From: Seison nebaliae
Lineage: Eukaryota
Direction: 5' to 3'
Length of the DNA stretch: 53,890 bases
Assembly (NCBI GenBank): GCA_023231475.1
Contig: JALJEE010002031.1
Coordinates: 1 to 53,890 of the forward strand
The stretch's first letter is position 1, and every line of letters starts with the position of its first letter. Made by a program: the position numbers and the translations under genes. This document shows positions 1 through 9,899 of the stretch, piece by piece. The notes below the pieces were generated by a model. It was not told where the DNA came from, did no database searches, and worked only from the letters and a program-made list of their open reading frames with translations.

Positions 1-223
1 CTCGTATCGTTACCACTACTCGAACTACCAGAACTTACTCCAACACCAATACCAACTGATGATCCAATAGCCAAAACTATGATTATTGTACAAATAACTC
101 CACCAGCTGCTGTTTTTCTACTAAAATAACGGAAAAATAGATAATAAAAAAGAATATTAAATAAGTTTAAAAAAACTTTTTCTTTTTGATATTTTCATTG
201 TTGCTGGAATTATGAGTAAACAT
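1..223 (-). CDS. 5' part of an unknown type II membrane protein; runs off the left edge
   Basis: ATG at 223, exon 223-177, 56-nt GT..AG intron 176-121, then open frame: MFTHNSSNNENIKKKNRK-TAAGGVICTIIIVLAIGSSVGIGVGV-SSGSSSSGNDT (basic N-terminus followed by a hydrophobic helix). Confidence 0.6.
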
Positions 224-768
224 TTTTAAATTATTAATCTTCTCAGAAACTTAATCAATATCAAATTAATCAACATATTTATAATACAACATTCTTACGT
301 CATTCTGAATCTTTTACGTGTTTAAGAATGTCCAGTTACATTTTCTACTTATAAATGAGCGTCACTATCTATTGATTATTACGTCCCACATTCGAATGAC
401 GTATATTATCAACTTATTGATTCAAATTTATTTGTTAGAAAGAAGAACTTCCGAATTTCTCGTAGATTGTAATAAATATTATAAACGTAGCACAAAATCA
501 TAATAATTTGAATTTTATTTTTTTAATCACCAAATTTTACTTCGAGTTTAATACACTTCTCTTGCTTGAGCATATTGTAGGACAAATTACTTATTATAGT
601 ATGCAAATCTTCTACCCAGGTAAATTCAGTCAGAATGATCTAAATCTCTTATGAAGATATTTCGTTTTTCGAAGCATATTTACGAAAGTTGTTTGGTGTT
701 ATAGTCATTAATCATTTCCACTTATACAGCATGTGTTATACAGTATCGGCTGGTTCGAAAAAATGATC

Positions 769-842
769 TGGCCAATGTGGGGATCGAACCCACGACATTC
801 GCGTTATTAGCACGACGCTCTAACCAACTGAGCTAATCGGCC
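769..842 (-). tRNA. tRNA-Ile(AAT)
   Basis: Reverse complement GGCCGATTAGCTCAGTTGGTTAGAGCGTCGTGCTAATAACGCGAATGTCGTGGGTTCGATCCCCACATTGGCCA folds as a cloverleaf with anticodon AAT; A and B boxes present; T6 Pol III terminator at 758-763. Confidence 0.96.
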
Positions 843-1389
843 TACGATCAATTATGATATTAATAGTTCTAATAAGTTACAGAAATATATAAATAATAAA
901 TATATAGGAATAATGATAATGCTGACTTATGTTGAGTGATTTTAGTTCCATAAGAAATAAATAGGTAAATATTCAGCTATCATATTTGTCAAAAAATTTT
1001 TCTTCTTTTTTCTGCCATTGTTTTTCTCACAGTCGTCATTGTGATCGTTTGAAAATAAAGTTTCACTTTATTTCTATTTCATAGTTAACCGGTTAAAAAC
1101 CGATACATAAATGTATTATGAGTATAGATCAATAAAATGAAAATTTAAATTGACAAAATATTTTCTGCGACCCAATAGAATTCCTACATAATAAGTCGTT
1201 TCAATTTTTATTCATGTAACTCTAACATTTGTTCGGTTGACCTGCCAATTCATTAATTAGTACAAACAATTGAAAAAGCAGTTCCTTTATGTTACTGGTT
1301 AATCATGAAAGATGATGTAACTAATATAAATTGAAATTAAAGAATACGATTAATCAACTTCACTCCTAATTTCAAAAATTCACAGAAAT

Positions 1390-1700
1390 ATGAAACATAT
1401 TATATTTTTTCTTATGACTTTGTTCGTTTGTACATTATCAAGAGTTCCCAAAGTTCCGTTTTTACCTATTTCCGATAAATTGAATGTTCCAGGATGATGT
1501 AATACAAACTGATTCAATTGATAAAATCAACCCAATCGAATTTAATATGCCCTCGTATTTACCCAGAGATATCGTTAATAATTGCTTTATTGTTCAATTT
1601 AAAAGAAACCTTTAATTAGATAAAACCGAACAATAAAGGAAAAAGTTGGCAAGGATTAAGCGATTGGTGGGGTCATGTCTCTGATTTATGGGAATTATAA
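1390..1700 (+). CDS. small secreted peptide precursor, 3 exons, ~71-74 aa
   Basis: Exons 1390-1452 (or 1443), 1493-1573, 1620-1700 joined by GTT..AG introns of 40/49 and 46 nt. Product MKHIIFFLMTLFVCTLSR(VPK)DDVIQTDSIDKINPIEFNMPSYLPRDIIKPNNKGKSWQGLSDWWGHVSDLWEL*, with a signal-peptide-like N-terminus. Confidence 0.6.
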
Positions 1701-2599
1701 ATATACCTGAAAAGTGGTCTGTTAGATTATTCGTTAGCAGTAAAATTGAACAACTATAACCGCAAGTATTTAGGATAATATTCTATTTTTTATAAAAACT
1801 CAAAATATTTGTTATAATAAAATTTGTATTTTTTCTGAAAAAATGGTTTTGAAACATTTTATTTTATATTTTCTTATCTTATCTTTGCTTATCTTTAATT
1901 ATCACCATTGTATTTGGAGCCAACCGAACACATTCGGGTTTGTTGAATTCTCTTACGCAGAACAATACTTCCAAACACTCCTGTAAACTGCCTCTTGTGA
2001 TACTTCTATCTTTTATAATTAGAAAGACAAGCTATCCTTTATGACGTATAACGTACTTTACTGAACTTCCCTAATTATTATGCAATAATTATGTTGTTTG
2101 GCGCAGTGTTCATTTACAAGAATTAGTGATGGGGAAGTAAACTGCGAAGGGAAATGGTTTTAGTTCGCCCCCTTTTAATAAATGAAATAATTCCAGAGAT
2201 TTCCCTTCGCGAGTTATACATACCCATTTTACGAAAAAGTAAAACGAAAGGAAGGAAAAAAAATGGAACGGCGAAGGAACATTTTTTTCCAAGTCCTTTT
2301 CCTATTTTAACGGACAAAATGCTACTAGAGTAATAGATACTAGAATAAATTATGAAATGGAGAAAAATAATTTAATTTGAAATAAAAATTTTTTATTGTA
2401 ATATGAAAATAATATAAAATTAAATATAGTAATTAACAAAATTTTCATAATTGATGTTGATATAAAAAATTGAATTTTATAAAAAAATTAAATATATAGT
2501 AAGAATGTAAATGATATTCTCTTGGTAAAAATATTTGCCATCAAAGCGTTCACGCGACAACGAAGATATCGTTGCATTTTACATAATTCGTGATATTTT

Positions 2600-3293
2600 C
2601 TCTTTTATTCTTTCTTTTTTTTATTTAGAACAACAAATCCCCGCGGGGTAAATAAAGAACAAAATAACTCACTAGGTGAATCATCGGAAATAAATGATTT
2701 GGCCTGATCTACTCTTAAAAGCAACAAATCAAGCACATGAGGTAATATATTAAAATTAGATAATAGAGTTCAGAAGTCATTTATAAAATTAGGAGTTCTT
2801 ATTCCATAATAATGACAAAAAAAATTTAACGATGAAACAAATTTTTCACACTGAACGAAATGAAACGAACGGTATGGCAAGTTCAGAAGTCGCAACAGAA
2901 TCAAGTATTCTCAGGTATCAGAGAAGTCACAAGGGTTTCAAACCACCTTTCAAAATTCTTGCCACATCCGATTAGCATACGTACTGTTCGGTTATATGCT
3001 CGATCGAGGGAAGGTAATGATTTTCGTGTGTTCGATAAGGAGATGGCGAGACCATAAAAGTCACAACAAAACGTCACAAACAAACGAAGTTTCAGAGGAA
3101 TAGAAACGAATTTACAACGATGGTGAAAAGAATATAACATTCGTATCTTGTCAGTCAAAGCTGACGATATCTTCCTGTTGTCTATCCGACATCCCAAAAA
3201 TTCAATTTCTTTCATAACTAATTTTTTCAATTCACTTCTGACAGGCAAATAAGAAATGTTGGTGAGAATTTTCGATTTCGAGTGATTGCACAA
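2600..3293 (-). pseudogene. 5'-truncated non-LTR retrotransposon fragment (RT thumb region, L2/CR1-like)
   Basis: ORF 2901-3293 reads EIEFLGCRID...LKLRLFVTFCCDFYGL...LDRAYNRTVRMLIG, resembling the (Y/F)LG..I...K..LF..YC..YG...AYN...R.L.G pattern after LINE RT domain 7. It is interrupted near 2901, and the minus strand has an A-rich tract near 2600-2625. The 3' limit is approximate. Confidence 0.65.
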
Positions 3294-3727
3294 TATACAT
3301 CTCTCACATAATCGTAATTTTATATTTATTTTATTTTATTTTCATATTACAATAAAAGTTTCATTTCATATTAAATTATGTTTCCCCATTTCATAATTTA
3401 TTCGTAGAAATATTACCCTAGTAGCATTATTGTCCATTAAAATAGGAAATGGACTTCGAAAAAAATGTTCCCTCGCCGATCCGATGCTGTTACTTTCACC
3501 CCGAATTACTTTCCCCCCGAAAAAAAAAATTGTGATGAATACAAGTTGGACTTTTTTTTTTCGATTTCAAAAAATTCAACTATTTTGAATTGCTGTGCAT
3601 TAGGTGTTACTTATCCAAATTTGATAAGTCGGGCATCATTAGATAGCCACGTTCAAGTTCTATTACCAAAAAATTTTTTGAGTCAAAATTTTAATTTTTA
3701 AATAGAAATTAAGGCATTTTTCAAAGG

Positions 3728-3948
3728 TAACTTTTGTTAAATTTCCTTCAATTTTTCTATATTTTTAGAACTCATTAAGAGAATAAAATCCAGACACATC
3801 GTCGTAAAATCTTGTCATTTCTACTTTTTATTCCTACATAGAGAAAATTCCTATATGTCGTAAAGAGAAAAACTACATGTGTCTGGATTTTATTCTCTTA
3901 ATGAGTTCTAAAAATATAGAAAAATTGAAGGAAATTTGACAAAAGTTA
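3728..3948. mobile_element. MITE-like hairpin with 72-bp inverted arms and a 77-bp spacer
   Basis: 3728-3799 and 3877-3948 are reverse complements with one mismatch; it lies within the right arm of the larger element. Confidence 0.8.
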
Positions 3949-4152
3949 TATTATTAAGGACAATTATATCATTTATTTATAGAGGGCGGACTGAAACCAT
4001 TTCCCTTCGCAGTTCGTTTCCCCATCAATACCAGGAACATCTTAAAAATAGGAAATTACTATATGACCACTATGATAGCTCCGATTCAGTGACAAGTATC
4101 TTTGTTAGGTCATTTTTTAATTTTTAATTTTTCTAATCTAATTGCTCTACAA

Positions 4153-4329
4153 CAGGGATGGCCATAAGGATTTTTCATTTGGATTTTTTATGTGTATAAG
4201 GATAATAATTAGAAAAGAACAGTCTACAAATAGTCTGTTTTATCAAACCTTTAGGTGGCCACGGAAGGATTTCTTTGGATTTTTTTACTTTCCAACTCCA
4301 ATAGAACGAAATCCAAATGGCCATCCCAG
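4153..4329. mobile_element. 177-bp hAT-family MITE
   Basis: TIRs CAGGGATGGCCAT / ATGGCCATCCCAG (one mismatch), flanked by a perfect 8-bp duplication CTCTACAA at 4145-4152 and 4330-4337. An 8-bp TSD and CAGGG ends are hAT hallmarks. Confidence 0.88.
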
Positions 4330-4596
4330 CTCTACAATAAGGACGTATAAGTTTCTTGTAAACTCCAAGAAAAACGATTGATATAAGAGGTTGACAGCTG
4401 GCCGAAAAGTTAATAAGAGGTTCAGAACTGTCCAAAAAAAAATAAAAAAAGAAAAGTTACAATTTTTCCGGTTGCCAGTGGTACTATAGAGAAAGTGGTA
4501 AAACAGAAAAGTTAGTTTACCTAAACTCATTGGAAGTTGAGTTTTCTTTGTTTATTATTTTGTTTTTAGTACTTGTCCTAGAAGTTAGTAGAAATC

Positions 4597-6435
4597 ATGA
4601 GTGAAGAGGTTGTCAGAGATCCGTTTATTGAACCATGTAGTTTAATTAATACTGGTATAATTTGCGGTGGAATAACATTCCTTCATATTATAATGAATAC
4701 GCCATCTCTTCTGTTAAAGTTAACTAATGACAATGAATGCACAAAAGATGTTTGTGAGATTTTGAGTACTATAAATTCAACGAATAGTCATGATATATGT
4801 TCGCTTCCTGCTAATATTCAATACACTTTCCTACGGCATGAAGTGATGATATTATCAGGCTTACATAAAGTTGGGGGTGATTTCCCTAGAAGAAATCGTC
4901 AGTTTTCTTACGGTTGTTTAAATCCTGAACTTGACATTAACGATCAGAGTAATTGTGTACACAATTTTATAAGACTTTTAACATTAGATAATAGAACTCG
5001 AAATTTAATTGAGATATCTTTGAGAAGAGATAGAAATCGGAGGTCGATTAGGAGTCACATAAATTTACTTTCAACGGCCGATAAACCTGCTATGGATAAA
5101 TTAGAAGAATCAGATTTAATGGCGAAATATTTGGATAACTCAAGATTACGCACATCAACCTTAAATGGATTTTTTCTCTTTCTTCATCATCTTTTCTTGA
5201 GTTCAGATCATATTGATAATGAGGAAATATCAGCTATTCGATTCTTCGAAAAGAAAGAAAATGAAATTTTCAAAGGTGGATTTTTTCCACCACAAAAAAC
5301 CATCTTTGATTCGATAAGTTTCTTTCCCGCGATAAATTTCCTTTTCTTCAATTTAGACTTCTCAATATCCGATTGTAAACATTATAAGAAAGAAGGAACA
5401 TTCCAGGAATATGCCACATCTTTAAAAACTCGTTTATTCAATGAAAAAATTTTCGATGACTTTAAATGGGTAATAAAAAAATATAATGAAATTTTTAAGA
5501 AAAATAACTATCCAACAATTGTCGCGATAACAGAGAAAAATATAAATTCAGAAGTTACAGTATTACCAATTGTAGCAAAGACTTTGAGCCGTCAAATAAT
5601 TGACGTTTATAGCAACATCTATAAAACATTATTCGAAAATCCTGATTATGGAAATCATGAAATCAATAAGATTGTCGGACAATCTCCAATAAAATATTTA
5701 TTTTCACGTTATCAGACTCCTGTACCAGATAATTTTTGGTGTGGTGCTCAAACAGCCTGTGATCAAAAATTATTCAACCACTTTTCATTAGATGATAATA
5801 TAGTCTATGAATTATATGCTTATCATCTGTTACTTGATGATTGGGAGATAAAAATTAAGAATGTTCGTTCATTTGAAAAAGAATTAAACGACTTGACCAA
5901 AGAATTTCAAAATAGATGGAATGAAAGGAAAGAAACCCAATTTCCATATTATTTGGCTGAAACGACGGTAGATATAACAGTATCGGAAGAACAACAAAAA
6001 ATGTTCGAGCAAAAACTGAGAGATGTAACATCTGATATATTTTTTTATGAAACATTATTAGCAAGAGAATATTACAGAGTTATGCAAAATCGGAATTACA
6101 AAAATTTATGTCAAACCGAAACAACTTATATAGAAAGTCATTCAATCTCTATCATCAAATCGATGGGTTCTACCGATTGGTTTTTCATAAGTAATGAGAT
6201 GGTCTACAACTTTCACAACATCGAAGCAGTAGTGAATGGTCAAATTAATTATGTTCTTACCGAAACTTTTTGGCATGAAAAAGATTCGTATAGCCAACAG
6301 AAAATAGACATTAGACATTTAATCACACCAATATATACCACCGATTATGGAAGAGAGCAAACAACCACTATTAATCCTGTTGAACCAAATGTTAATCCTA
6401 ACTCCAAAAAAAAAAAGAAATGTACGATAACTTAA
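4597..6435 (+). CDS. highly divergent ubiquitin-specific protease-like (peptidase C19) protein with polybasic-CaaX tail, 612 aa, intronless
   Basis: Cys box-like SLINTGIICGGITFLHIIMNTP, QQD-box-like DQSNCVHNFIRLL, YELYAY strand, His box-like ESHSISIIKSMGSTDWFFISNEMV; C-terminus KKKKKCTIT. Confidence 0.7.
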   Translation: MSEEVVRDPFIEPCSLINTGIICGGITFLHIIMNTPSLLLKLTNDNECTKDVCEILSTINSTNSHDICSLPANIQYTFLRHEVMILSGLHKVGGDFPRRNRQFSYGCLNPELDINDQSNCVHNFIRLLTLDNRTRNLIEISLRRDRNRRSIRSHINLLSTADKPAMDKLEESDLMAKYLDNSRLRTSTLNGFFLFLHHLFLSSDHIDNEEISAIRFFEKKENEIFKGGFFPPQKTIFDSISFFPAINFLFFNLDFSISDCKHYKKEGTFQEYATSLKTRLFNEKIFDDFKWVIKKYNEIFKKNNYPTIVAITEKNINSEVTVLPIVAKTLSRQIIDVYSNIYKTLFENPDYGNHEINKIVGQSPIKYLFSRYQTPVPDNFWCGAQTACDQKLFNHFSLDDNIVYELYAYHLLLDDWEIKIKNVRSFEKELNDLTKEFQNRWNERKETQFPYYLAETTVDITVSEEQQKMFEQKLRDVTSDIFFYETLLAREYYRVMQNRNYKNLCQTETTYIESHSISIIKSMGSTDWFFISNEMVYNFHNIEAVVNGQINYVLTETFWHEKDSYSQQKIDIRHLITPIYTTDYGREQTTTINPVEPNVNPNSKKKKKCTIT

Positions 6436-6593
6436 TTTCAGATATCGTTCACTGGTTTAGTTTAACGGGGCATCTCTATTAAATATATCTTTAGAAATTT
6501 TAATAAATTGCCCAAAAATCATAGAAGAAATTAACTAGAAAAAATAAGATAATATTATAATATATTAGTTAGAAAAATGTGAAATTTTCACAT

Positions 6594-6673
6594 GGTAGCG
6601 TGGCCGAGTGGTCTAAGGCGCTGGTTTTAGGCACCAGTCCGAAAGGGCGTGGGTTCGAATCCCACCGCTATCA
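6594..6673 (+). tRNA. tRNA-Leu(TAG)
   Basis: GGTAGCGTGGCCGAGTGGTCTAAGGCGCTGGTTTTAGGCACCAGTCCGAAAGGGCGTGGGTTCGAATCCCACCGCTATCA: cloverleaf with long variable arm and anticodon TAG; T-run follows. Confidence 0.96.
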
Positions 6674-7442
6674 AAATCATTTTTTCAATGAATTATATTT
6701 AACGAAGGAATTTCTAGTTCTTAAATTTTCGCCCAAATTTCCTTCTATAATTCATATAATTCATTCATGCACTAAAGAGAAATTTGGGAGAAAATATGTA
6801 CGAATAATTGAGAATGTGTACGAAAGATGTTAATTTGTTGAGGGTGATCAACGGTGTTGGTTAATCGATCAACATGAATTCCTTAAAAAAAAAGTGGAAA
6901 ATGCTCTTCAGTAGGAATTCACAGTTGCTGTGGGAAATAGAGAGGAATAAAAATTTATGAAGAGAAAAACTTCATTTGTAAGATACAATTTGTAGATATC
7001 TTAAGTTTCTTTCATTCTGAAAAGTTTATTTACATTTAACTCGTACCAAAAGTGATAAAGTGTGAGAAAGTAGAAAATTTCACGCCCCATTCCGATAAAA
7101 GGTACCTTCTAATGTTCCTTGTATAAATGAGAGACAGGTTTAATCAGTACAAACTATGAGAAGTTTTTTTACTATTAAGCTTCGAGTATGCAACGTTTTT
7201 CTTTATATTGTCAAATCTACATGGCAGAAGAATTAATCTCCATCTCCATAAAAGAAAACTTGACAATGTCATTTATTTGTTGTTTCCCACAAGTTTTGTG
7301 TTGAGAAAAAATAATTGTTAAAAATTTCTTACTAAAGAAAAAAATTTTTTGTCTCCTTCTTACAATCTACTTTTTTTTCTCTCATTTAACTCATTTTTTC
7401 CAAATTTTAATCTTTTTCTCAAGACTGATTTGAATTGATTTG

Positions 7443-9899
7443 ATGCATCTTAATAGAATGACTTCCACCTTTTTTATGAATCCATGTACTTCTCCTTATC
7501 GTAGCGGTGATGATCTGAGAAGTGATTCTCCAACAATTCCTTCCAACAATTCTAGCAGTGGATCGTCATCAGTAGGATATGGAACGTTAACTCGACCACA
7601 AGTCCTCCAAAACATTCTGGCAACACTTCGAAGTAATAATTATTATGAATTACGTTTGGGATCATTATGTGGATTCATTTATGAATTAGCTGTTGATCAA
7701 CATGGTTCTCGATTCATTCAACAACAATTGGATCATGCGAATTGTGAAGAGAAAGAACAAATATTTAATGAATTGTTATTAAATGTGAAACAATTAAATG
7801 TGGATGTTTTTGGGAATTATGTAATTCAAAAATTCCTGGAATATGGTGCGAACGAACATCGACAGAAATTGTTCCATGCGATGTTGGAAGATATTCTCCA
7901 ATACTCATTGGATACATATGGTTGTCGTGTTGTTCAGAAATTATTGCAACAATTAGTCGATAAGAAATTGAGAGCGGCAGTAGCAAATCGTTTGAGAGGA
8001 AGTGTCATTAAATGTATAGAAGATCAGAATGGAAATCATGTCATTCAGAAATGTATTGAATATTGCGATCCAGTTGATGTTCAATTCATTCTGGAAGAAA
8101 TTCTTCCCAATGCCCTTAGTCTCTCTTGTCATTCATATGGATGTCGAGTTATTCAACGTATACTCGAATTTGGAAATGAAGAACAGACGAAAATGTTACT
8201 ACGTCCTATATACGAAAATCTCAATCTGTTGATTCATGATCTATATGGGAATTATGTGATTCAACATATCGTTTCACACGAATCTTATATGGATAATAAG
8301 AAATTTCTTTTTACTCATATTCGAGGAAGAATTCTCACCTTGTCAACTCACAAATATGCATCGAATGTGGTGGAGAAGTGTGTGATACATTGTTCCAATA
8401 TAAATCGTGAAGCGATCATCAACGAAATTTGTGATAGAGAAGAAGATGTACCACAGAGACTGAAGGAAATGAATGCTAAGAAGGGGGAAAGTAAGATGGG
8501 TGAATATGAGTATGGGGAATCAATTGATTTTGATGAGCTTAAACCAGTTGAACATTTGGATTCCGGTGATTACATCGATCCATTATCACATTTCCAACCA
8601 TTAAATATTAGGAATGATTATCAGACATTAGTAGAACACGACCTGTTCATGAATGGCAAAGATGGAAGTATTACCGGTGTGAGTGATGAGGAGGATCTAG
8701 GATTTGGAAAGAAAAGAAAACTGGAAATGGAATCAACTTTATTTCTAATGATGATCGATCAATATGCCAATTATGTCATTCAGAAACTATTAGAAATTTG
8801 TGATAATGATCAACGAGATAAATTGTTGAATTTCATTGAATTTTATCTTCCATATTTGAAACATTATAATTTTGGTCGTCATTTGATTTCTAAATTGGAA
8901 CGATATTATTTCGTGAAGAATAAGAAACAATTAAAACAAAATGTAATTTTTTGGTCTTCCAGAAACAACAACAATAACAATAATAATAATAACAATAATA
9001 ATTCTCATCATCATCAACTGGAAAATAATTATAATAATTCACATTATCAACAACAAACTGGATCGAATCATAAAACATTTGGAAAGGAACATCAAAATAT
9101 TAGAAAAAAAACGAATTCTCATCATAATAATGGAAATGAAAAGAAAATTTCACATTCGAATATATTAAAGCAAAGTATGCAGAATCGAAACAAACCAAAT
9201 ATGAAATCAAATTTTAATCGACTTGAAAATAATTTTCCACCTTTATATCGTGGGGGCGACGCAAGTACAAACTATCCATTACCCGAATCTCATCCCGATC
9301 AATTATCATATCACTCACGAAATCAACAACATATGCGCACCGACTCTGGATATGGTCCATCATTGAATCGTCTATTTACAGATCAATTAAATTTCCGTCT
9401 GTCAATGAATCAAGGTATTCATAATGAAGATCCTTATTCATTCCCGCAACCATATATTCCATCAAATTTCCTTACATGTCCATATCCTGAAACGCAACAC
9501 AATGTCGACAAGGAGAATATGGGAGATTTGACTTCCAGTTTCCAACGAATTCTCCAAATGACTTCTGGAGAAATTCCATCAAAAGTTTATGTCGCCAAAA
9601 ACTTAGAAGTTCGACAAGGAATTCGAGAATTGTTCAAAGAAACTCTTCATCCTAATCCTTATCGACAATATATTCCTACTCAACAGGATGCTCCACCACC
9701 CACTCCGTCCATACCAACGGAAGAAGGGCAAACTCAACGATCATTATTTCGTAATCAAACATTCGACTCGACGACCATTTCTAATCAGAATCGAGCACGA
9801 ATTACCTCGTTGAAAACTCCTTCGGCTTCAACGACAAATTTGGAAGTTCGAATAGTACGTGATCTTCTTGCAACTCCAGACGATGAGTTAAAGATGTAA
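7443..9899 (+). CDS. pum: Pumilio-family (PUF) RNA-binding protein, intronless
   Basis: Eight PUF repeats with recognition motifs SRFIQ, NYVIQ, CRVVQ, NHVIQ, CRVIQ, NYVIQ, SNVVE, NYVIQ (PUM1/2 code); Asn/His/Gln-rich C-terminal tail; first ATG at 7443. Confidence 0.92.
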   Translation: MHLNRMTSTFFMNPCTSPYRSGDDLRSDSPTIPSNNSSSGSSSVGYGTLTRPQVLQNILATLRSNNYYELRLGSLCGFIYELAVDQHGSRFIQQQLDHANCEEKEQIFNELLLNVKQLNVDVFGNYVIQKFLEYGANEHRQKLFHAMLEDILQYSLDTYGCRVVQKLLQQLVDKKLRAAVANRLRGSVIKCIEDQNGNHVIQKCIEYCDPVDVQFILEEILPNALSLSCHSYGCRVIQRILEFGNEEQTKMLLRPIYENLNLLIHDLYGNYVIQHIVSHESYMDNKKFLFTHIRGRILTLSTHKYASNVVEKCVIHCSNINREAIINEICDREEDVPQRLKEMNAKKGESKMGEYEYGESIDFDELKPVEHLDSGDYIDPLSHFQPLNIRNDYQTLVEHDLFMNGKDGSITGVSDEEDLGFGKKRKLEMESTLFLMMIDQYANYVIQKLLEICDNDQRDKLLNFIEFYLPYLKHYNFGRHLISKLERYYFVKNKKQLKQNVIFWSSRNNNNNNNNNNNNNSHHHQLENNYNNSHYQQQTGSNHKTFGKEHQNIRKKTNSHHNNGNEKKISHSNILKQSMQNRNKPNMKSNFNRLENNFPPLYRGGDASTNYPLPESHPDQLSYHSRNQQHMRTDSGYGPSLNRLFTDQLNFRLSMNQGIHNEDPYSFPQPYIPSNFLTCPYPETQHNVDKENMGDLTSSFQRILQMTSGEIPSKVYVAKNLEVRQGIRELFKETLHPNPYRQYIPTQQDAPPPTPSIPTEEGQTQRSLFRNQTFDSTTISNQNRARITSLKTPSASTTNLEVRIVRDLLATPDDELKM

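Larger units (their letters stand above)
2124..4030. mobile_element. non-autonomous hAT-like element with long imperfect terminal inverted repeats
   Basis: Left end TAGTGATGGGGAAGTAAACTGCGAAGGGAAATGGTTT matches the reverse complement of ~3960-4030. Inner arms ~2265-2430 and ~3320-3483 are also inverted copies. Subterminal repeat at ~2198-2215. Flanking 8-mers ACAAGAAT/CCAGGAAC match 5/8 (possible decayed TSD). Confidence 0.75.

Noticed and set aside
6579..6833. 84-aa ORF in the track
   Set aside because: It is a translation across the tRNA-Leu gene.
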